Shown: positions 55,211-64,000 of the stretch, piece by piece
Layout: the number at the start of each line of letters is the position of its first letter
Numbering within the stretch: the first letter of the stretch is position 1
Source of the DNA: Octopus sinensis
Taxonomy: Eukaryota
Direction: 5' to 3'
Length of the DNA: 64,000 nt
NCBI RefSeq assembly: GCF_006345805.1
Contig: NC_042998.1
Span: 108,624,001-108,688,000 of the forward strand
Translations under genes and position numbers: made by a program
Notes under the pieces: generated by a model
Databases searched by the model: none
Seen by the model: only the letters and a program-made list of their open reading frames with translations
What the model was told of the DNA's origin: nothing

Positions 55211-56084
55211 CTTCAATGTGTGTTGTAAGCAACATAGTGAGGTACTTTTTGTTTTGTGTAAAACACAGAATTGCTCTGCTATTCTGTTATCAAAATCCAC
55301 GCTTGTATCCTTGAATTTTAACACAGCGGTCTTCGCTGAACTCTGTTAGCATCTGATGCAAAAGACAAGTTGATGGCATATCATGTGACATATTACGTCA
55401 CCGGTGTTCTATATATTGCTTACAATGAACAAAAAGACAGTGCTAAAACCTCTTTATGATCTAATTGATGCGCCGGTGATACGCATCACGTGAAAAGCTC
55501 CGATATTACTTTTGCTTCAACGCGACAGAGAGTCAGCTGAATACCGCTGTCTCCAAAGTTTTGGGTATCCCTGTGGCACACTATAGTATAAAAGTATTAT
55601 ATGCCACCCAAAATAATGGTAAAACAACGATCCAAATATAATGCAAATAAACTACGCACATATGATTAGTATGGTCTATATCCGAAAAAATCGATAAAAT
55701 GTGAGATACCGTCTCATATTGTAAAGCAATTGTTTTACAAGGACGATCTGTCTGTTTATGTGATATCGTGCATAAAGTACTGCGCTGAGTACAATGAGTA
55801 AAACAGTATAAGGCTTAACATATATGTGGGGTGGTGTACAACAGTGTAATCAATATATTATTGATTAACCATTACAAACTGATCGTTTGATAAGTTTTTC
55901 AGAAGTGTATTGTTGGTAGTACCCATGACATTTGAAAGCCAAAAGCTGCAATAAATATATACCTGGAGAGGTACATTTGGATCTAACCAGAATGCCTACA
56001 GCAACTTTAATACTATTAGATAAATACTATGATTTACTGTTCAAAAGATACTGTGGCCAGTGTTGTATGATAAATGTACTCGAA

Positions 56085-56270
56085 ATATTGGTTTCAAATT
56101 CTGGCACAAGATTAGCAACTTTGTGGGAGTGGGTAAGTCGATTACATCGACTTCAGTGTTCAACTGCTACTTATTTTCTCGACTCCGAAAGAATGAAAGA
56201 CAAAGTTAAGTCCCGCAGCATTTGAGATTGGAAGAAATGCCGCTAAACATTTTGTCCGGCGCGGTAACAA
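56085..56270 (-). mobile_element. SINE family A copy
   Basis: aagtcgattacatcgac..gaatgaaagacaaagtt..gaaatgccgctaaacattttgtccggcgcggtaac. Confidence 0.7.
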
Positions 56271-57211
56271 TAATATGCTTTAAATAGTCTATAAGATAGT
56301 AAGATTGGAAATAATTTGATGCCGAATTTGTAGACAATAATTTATTGGAGTGCGTATATATTACTTGAAACGATCTGTTGGGATGAGAGCAATATATTGT
56401 ATGCAATATAACAGAGGAAATAAATGGTATCTGGGATAGTTAGTATGATGTACACTGTGTAGATAGCACAGGAAGCAGACTAAATTTTATTGAAATCAAT
56501 ATATAAAATACATCCAGTGAAATAGTTTTGAGGATGTTCACAGTAGGGGTTCGGAAAAGAAGATATGCAAGTTGACGATAATTGTCACGAATAATCTATT
56601 GTCTGCGATTCTTCAGAAAATAATCTGTATTCGACGTAGGGTAACTAATATAGTGGAATGAATATGTATTATTATAACAATATATAGTGTATATTTCAAG
56701 GGTACTTTCTTTAATAATCGATTATAAAGAATATATTATTAGTATTCAGTATTTCGGAGATTTGCTCAACGAAATAACCACAAACAGTTGCATAGAAATA
56801 TGATGATATGTTCAATACACTGGAAGTAGTATATAAGACGGGCTATTGTAAATAATATGTTATAAAATATGCTGATGAATATATATTTGAAGGCATTTTC
56901 TGTTAATAGTTACGTTGCATTTACAATATAAGTCATGTTCTTTATCATACAAGAGAGAATATCATACTGCATGCACTTTGCAGAGATAAGCTCATTGGAA
57001 TAACACGATATGGTAGATCTTTTTATTCTAGTAAAAGTACCCCTTTTCCTTATTTCCGTTCTATACTGTATTGCACATCAGGTCATCCTTGAACAATTTC
57101 AGTAGCATATCAATTTTTCTATGAAATGTTCCTAGTATATCAGTGAAACCTTATCCATTTCAGGAGAAAACGACATTTTGAATGGTCTTGACGACTCTTC
57201 CTATATATATG

Positions 57212-57338
<127 letters not shown>

Positions 57339-57516
57339 ATTCAAAGAAAGAGGTCGTGAATCCAACCAACTAAGGGATAGTATATATCCAATATACTGCT
57401 GGGTATAATAATTAGGCGATGGTAATAAATAGTTTTACCCTAAATTTATATGGCAAGAAGAAAATGTATATTCCCGTATTTTCCTTGCATATAAATAAAT
57501 GAATGAATTAACAAAT

Positions 57517-57561
<45 letters not shown>

Positions 57562-57589
57562 CCCCCTATAGTTTTCTCTCATCCTTTCT

Positions 57590-58140
57590 CTAATTCCCTT
57601 TTTCTCCCCATCACTGTTTTCTATCTGTCTGTCTGTCTCTCCATCTTTCTCCATTACTCTCTCTCGCTGCTCACACGTGTCCATCGTCCATCTTTCTTTT
57701 CCCCACTTGATCATCTTTCTTTTCTGTCCTAGAGGCTGGACGTATCCTACCTATCTCTTTCATCTATCTTTTCTCTTGTCAAAGAAAATATTTCTCCAGC
57801 GTTCGCTATTTTACCCTCGTTCTGGTCTAACGACCCTCCATGTTTGTTTTCGTTCAGTTTCCTTGTATGCCACTACTCTCCTATTTTTGTTCCCAGCTTT
57901 GTCCCTCCATAAATCTCAAATTTTATTTTGTTATTTGTGGGAGCAATTAACTTCAAAGACTCATGTTGTCGTTCAATTCTCGAAATGAAGAGTAGATACA
58001 TAGTTGACGATTGATGAAGGGTCGTTCTTTATGTTACTTGTCCTGTTTTCCATTTGTTTCTCTCGTTGTTTGCGTATTCAACTCATTTGTTTTTGTACTT
58101 CATGTTGTTTACTCTCTGTGATATCCTGTACCCATATATG
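57590..58140 (+). mobile_element. Unclassified interspersed repeat; inverted partner of 53105-53640
   Basis: See the partner entry. Confidence 0.6.
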
Positions 58141-58145
58141 CATGC

Positions 58146-58188
<43 letters not shown>

Positions 58189-58197
58189 TTAGTTGAG

Positions 58198-58365
58198 TGT
58201 ATGGTGTCTGGGTTACCTTTGAGTTTGCTGCCTAGGTTCCTACACAGGATTATACAACAAACAGTGACAGCCCTATAAAAGCATCGTCCGGGACGGACCT
58301 CTGGTCTCACCTGCCCCTAAGATTTCTAATAAAGCGATTTAGTATAGATTTTCTTAGCTGTTACA
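58198..58365 (+). mobile_element. Possible short solo LTR
   Basis: TGTA...TACA ends, TATAAAAG at 58274, AATAAA at 58328; no canonical 4-6 bp TSD adjacent to the ends. Confidence 0.3.
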
Positions 58366-60289
58366 AATAATTCATTATATGGTCAAGAAAGGAGAGAAGG
58401 AGAGAGAAAGAGAGAGAGAGAGAGTAAGAGTGAGAGATGTGACAGAGAAAAACAGAAAGTGAGATAGAGATCTGAGGGGCAGAGTGCGATAGTGTGGTGA
58501 ACATTGTTCATTAAATGAGTCAAGTGGTGAGTTAAGAAAAGCATTTAAGGGTAAGAGGTGTGTAGTAGCTTGTGCTTGTGTGAATGTATGGTGTGGTGTT
58601 CGTGGTGTTTGCGATGTGTTTAAGGGTACAATACACACATATGTGCAATGTGTATGTGTGTATGTATGTATGTAGTGTGTACATCACGCAAACACACCAA
58701 ACTCTTCACACACTGTACTGCATGGCACACATACATGGGTAAGAAGGAAGTATTTGATAATTCTTTCGGAAAAGAAGTAACCGAAAAGAAAAATATACAA
58801 ATGAAATGTAGAGAAATAGATATTAACACAAACTGAAGGTAAAATAAATATCAGTAGAAAAAAAGATAATAATGTTCGTTGCAGAAAGGTATGCTTTGGT
58901 TGTGGTGATAGTAATGGTTGTGGTAGAGATGGTGATGGTTGCTGTAATGTTGGTGGTAAATGTAATGGCAACGTTAGTTGTGGGGGTATGTAGGAATTAG
59001 TAATGTTGCATGTAATGGTGGTACATCTTATTGCTGATTGTAATTGTAATGATATTTGTGGCAGTGGAGGTATTGGTAATAGTAGTAGTCATTTTGTGGA
59101 GGGTAGTAATGATGCTTATGTTGATAGTGGTGGTGGTGGTGGTGATGGTAGTTGTGGTAGTTCTGGAAGAGATATCGGTATAAGCAAATGTAGAAAATTA
59201 TTGGAAAAGTTAATCCGACGAAAAGAATTTTTCCTTGTGTTGTTTTCCATTTAAATTTAGCGTTGATAGATAAACAGGTCGGTGGCTGCTAAGTTATTTA
59301 ACAGGGTATAGATGATTAATAATAATAAAATTTCTGGCCTTGTGCCTATGTAAGAAAAAATTATTATAAATGGTGGTGAGATGGTGTCAAAAACTAGGTT
59401 TAGGGTTCTGTCAACATTGTGTTTTGTTTGCTGATACGATTATGATGATGTCGATACTGCTGCTGATACTACTACTGATGCTGATGATAACACTGTAGCG
59501 TTTTGTGGTGTTGGTTATGATGCTGTGCTTGTCACGTTTTTGAATGATGCAGATAGCTTTTAAGTAGATACTAACATTAATGGGATAGTGATGTGATTGT
59601 TGATTGGAATACTCCCGTTCGGCTCTCGCTGTTGTTGGTGGTGGTCGTCGTCGTAGTAGAGGGATTAGTAGTGGCAGTGGTGATTGATGATAGTTGTGAT
59701 GAAAGTGTGAAAGAGTTGAGTCAAACAGTGGTGATGATGATGCTAATGATGATGATGATGATGATGATGATGGTAGTGGCAGTAGTGGTGGAAACAGAGG
59801 GCAAAGAGATTGTGATAGACTACATTATAATTTGTATAAGTGTACCAATATTTAAATTCACTTCGTCTACTCTTACATGCGTGTGTATAGTTAAATATGT
59901 AGCTGCTTATATATCGAACTTCGTATGTCTATACATTTGTATCATATGGTATCAAGATGATATCGAACTAATTCGCGCGTGCCCTTGCAGAATAATTTCT
60001 TTTCCTTTTCTAGCACAATAATAAATTGAGTCAAGATGTACAGTTTTTAAACTTCGATCACTTCTGATTAGGCAGACTTATGATCAAAGGTATTCCAACT
60101 ACATCTGAAAGCATAGGCGTGACAGATTGTTACAGTCATATGCAGCTATCTGGGTTCGGTTCCACTATACTGAATATAGGTTTTTGCACAACTTTGTATT
60201 GGCCGAAATTTTGATACTGAAACTGGGCTGATGGAAATTGTGTGCAAGCCCATATGCTAGACTTTATACGAGTTTTATACTGAAGATCA

Positions 60290-60900
60290 TGCACGAGTGA
60301 GCATTACATGTTTATTAACTGACATACTTCGTTCAATCTACAGTTGTTAGTCAATTAACTCTTCCTTTCTATACAAGTACTATTTAACTTAGTCTGTATT
60401 GCAAGCAATGCATTGGCACAGTTGTTAAATTCAACTCTAATCCTCTTTGAAAAAATTCGGTTGAGTACTGTTGTGCTCACTTCTTCAAAGCCACTTTCAA
60501 CTCGACATCAAATCGTTATCAACCTTCTTTCCTTCAAATGGGGTATAATCTGTTGAGGTACCCGCGTTGTACATATTTTCTGATACTCTAAGTCTTCCGT
60601 TATCTTCTTCGTGACCACAGTGTAATTGTGCAACAATCTCACAGGTTGTGGCGCGAATCAATTCGTCCACTCACTAGCGATTCGTGTTAATAGTCCTGGT
60701 TGAGATTTGCCACAGCGTGATATATTTTCAATAATGATTTTCTCTTTATACTTCTTCATTCATCTATGCACGTTGCTCTTGTGAATGGTGTAGCCCTCGT
60801 AAACACCCTGTAGCCTTCTGTAGATGTCGGGCAGCCTGCAACTTTCTTCTATCAAGATCTCAATGGCGATACTTTGTTTCTCCTTGGACCCAGTTAATTG
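60290..60900 (-). mobile_element. Mariner transposase remnant with large internal deletion
   Basis: Minus frames: QSIAIEILIEESCRLPDIYRRLQGVY..IHKSNVHR*MKKYK (HTH), DLEYQKICTTRVPQQI (WVP-like), then jumps to C-terminal KWL..STEFFQRG..QCIACNTD*VK; DDD core absent. Confidence 0.78.
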
Positions 60901-61738
60901 CCTGCAATGAAGAAGAAAGAGAAGTTACTATCGAAGGAGAGATCAATAAAAGCTATGCTCACGATTGCCTTATTTTTGGTAAAATTCGTATAATTCATAG
61001 CAACATGTTTGTCACACATTTTGCACACGAATTCTGCTTGAGTATTATTTTAAATACATGTGGGATTAACTTCTCTGTTTTCCCTTTATTTAAGATCAAA
61101 CAATATGATCTAAGGGAGACATGGCAGCTATTTCTTGTGCAGTATAGACTCTTTCGCAGACTCGTGTATAGACATAGATATGTAAAGATAGCAAGAATAA
61201 AACATAACCTAACTAGGTTTTCGATCCCACTGCGTAGAATATTGGTTTTGACACAGCTTTGAATGAAGCCAAATCTTGTAAGTGAAATTGGGGAGATGGA
61301 AATTGTGTGCAATCCTATCAGGTAGACAGTGTGTAATTCAAAACGACAGCTTTGTCACATACTGAGTCACAGTAATTCAACCAGAGGATTAGGTTAATGG
61401 TGCATAGGATTACACTATCTAATATACTTTCCCTTTATTTATGACTATAATATTGCGATCCGAGAGTTTTATTTTACGCACTTGAGAGCTTCATTTCAGA
61501 AATTATTCCAGAAGTTACACTTTCTCTCTATAACATATTCCTGAGAATGTATGGCACTAAAAGAGAAGAGCTATACATCTTCGTTAATTAATGAAAAAGT
61601 ACATTTAGAGATGCGTCGTTCATTTATTTATTAAACTAGGTTTTGTTGGAATGTAAATGTATGTAGGTAAGTGCATGTGAGCTAGTACAGTTTACAGTTA
61701 CTAAAGAATACTAGTATAATATGCATGTCTGCATGTTT

Positions 61739-62013
<275 letters not shown>

Positions 62014-62539
62014 AAATACGATAGCTCAATCAAAATTGACGATGGACTAGGCAGAAACTTGACTTGCGCGCAGTTATTTTGTTTTCATATAGTGAGAAAG
62101 AGTGGCATGCACATAAGACTCACTCTCTTCCATTCTTATACAATATGCTAGGAAGAATAATGAAAGTAAGACAACTAAGCTTGTGTAAGAATACAGAAAA
62201 TTGCTAAATTGCACAAAGGGAACTCCCGACCACGCCGTAACATCCAGCACGTGCATCCAGGCATCAAACATTATTCCAGATGTTTGCCTTGCACCAAGGC
62301 TTCTAATACAACTCTTGTCAAGATTGGTTACTTTCAAACTTCATTTAAATACAAAGCGAACATACACTAATTATATACATTCACCCACGTGTACAAATTT
62401 AACATGCGAATATAGACATTAATGGATGGTACCATATACAAAACACTCGGCATTCGACTCCATTTTGTAACTTTTCTGCCGATTTAAGCATATATGTATA
62501 ATCACGTATTGAGTTCTATATGTCCTTTTATATTCGTGC

Positions 62540-62640
<101 letters not shown>

Positions 62641-62809
62641 CATATGCACACACATGTATGCATGTATAATGAGAGTTACTCTTTTCCAATAAATGCACTT
62701 TTTTCTCGTGTGCTGATGCGTTTGTATGCAAAAACGCACATATTTACATATATACATGCAAATATATATATATATGTTGCATGCATAAATATACATATAT
62801 ACATGCAAA

Positions 62810-62875
62810 TGGCGGTGCCCCAGTATGGCCACAGCTCGTCAGATGAAACTATATAAAATAAAAATAAAGTAAAAT
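62810..62875 (+). mobile_element. Isolated SINE/CR1-type 3' tail
   Basis: ggcggtgccccagtatggccacagctcgtcagatgaaact + A-rich tail. Confidence 0.6.
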
Positions 62876-62921
62876 ATACATGTATTTGTTTGTTTGCTTG
62901 TGTGTGTGTGTACGTATGTCT

Positions 62922-62999
<78 letters not shown>

Positions 63000-63599
63000 T
63001 CTGGTTGGGAACGTGGGAGTGACAGAGGATAGCGAGCAGATATTAATAATCTATACCGTTAGTTAGTTCATCTTTTGCTCTCAATGTGGAAACGGCTGTT
63101 GTGATATGTGTGCCTATGCCGTGACATTTACTGCGCAACTGTATTTTTAAACATTAAAAGCGGAAACGGAAATCAGTCTGCAAAAATAAAGTTCCACGAG
63201 ATTACCTAATTCATTCGTCATTGCACATAAATGTGCATATGTATGCAGATGTGAGCAGATACATATACACAATATTATGAGTGACTATATTTTTAGGTAT
63301 TAATGTATGCGTGCTTGTGTGTATGTTTATCCATGTCTACGTGGGTGTACGCACAAACGGATGTTCCTGTCCTTTAATAATTTTCCACCAATTTTCTGAC
63401 TATATTTGCCTATCTTTCTCTGTGACAACGTGGAAATATATATTTGATAAGTGCATCATCATGAAATTGTGTGAGTGTATTATTTTATGCATGTCTACCT
63501 AATCCTGATTGGCTTCTGTCTCTGTGTTAATCTGTTGATATCGGTCAAGTGTGTTCGACTCAACCTGTCATGATGAAGTATAATGACTGTCTGAGTTTG

Positions 63600-63718
<119 letters not shown>

Positions 63719-64000
63719 GTCTGTCTATATGTCTGTGTGTCTGCCTGAATGTTTGTGTGCCTGTCTGTCTTTCTTTGCGTGTGACTCTCTCTCTCTCTTT
63801 GTATATATATGTGTAATGTATGTGTATGTGCGTGCGCATACATATATGTATATATATATATATGCATACATATATATATATATATAAATATATACATACA
63901 TACACACACATATATATAGACATATATATACATACACGCATATATATACACATACAAACATACATACACAAATATACATATTAATTCTACTTTATGTATG

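Noticed and set aside
62074-62422. Overlapping 87-aa and 73-aa ORFs with a hydrophobic stretch
   Set aside because: No splice or homology support.

Overview
Repeat-saturated, AT-rich eukaryotic DNA. It is very likely a cephalopod, probably Octopus; this is inferred from the tRNA-derived SINE families, the extreme compound microsatellite load and the LINE repertoire. No host gene can be identified with confidence, and most ORFs in the supplied track are microsatellite artefacts. Recognisable elements, all decayed: a nearly full-length R4/Dong-clade RLE retrotransposon (46.6-49.7 kb, minus), a 5'-truncated RTE LINE (21.9-23.8 kb), a second RTE 3' fragment, two tandem CR1-like 3' fragments, an L1/Tx1 RT fragment, several Penelope-like (GIY-YIG) remnants, an internally deleted mariner, and more than 25 SINE copies from at least four families. 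Most interesting observations: (1) an apparently intact minimal type I hammerhead ribozyme in a short repeat at 345-377; (2) a SINE head fused in-line to the R4 ORF; (3) a 3' stem-loop shared, with a compensatory change, between a SINE family and the CR1-like LINE; (4) an HDV/theta-ribozyme-like motif behind a tRNA head in another SINE, which is speculative; (5) several strong fold-back structures; (6) one splice-bounded 216-nt candidate exon. All assignments were made by eye without database searches, and repeat boundaries are approximate.
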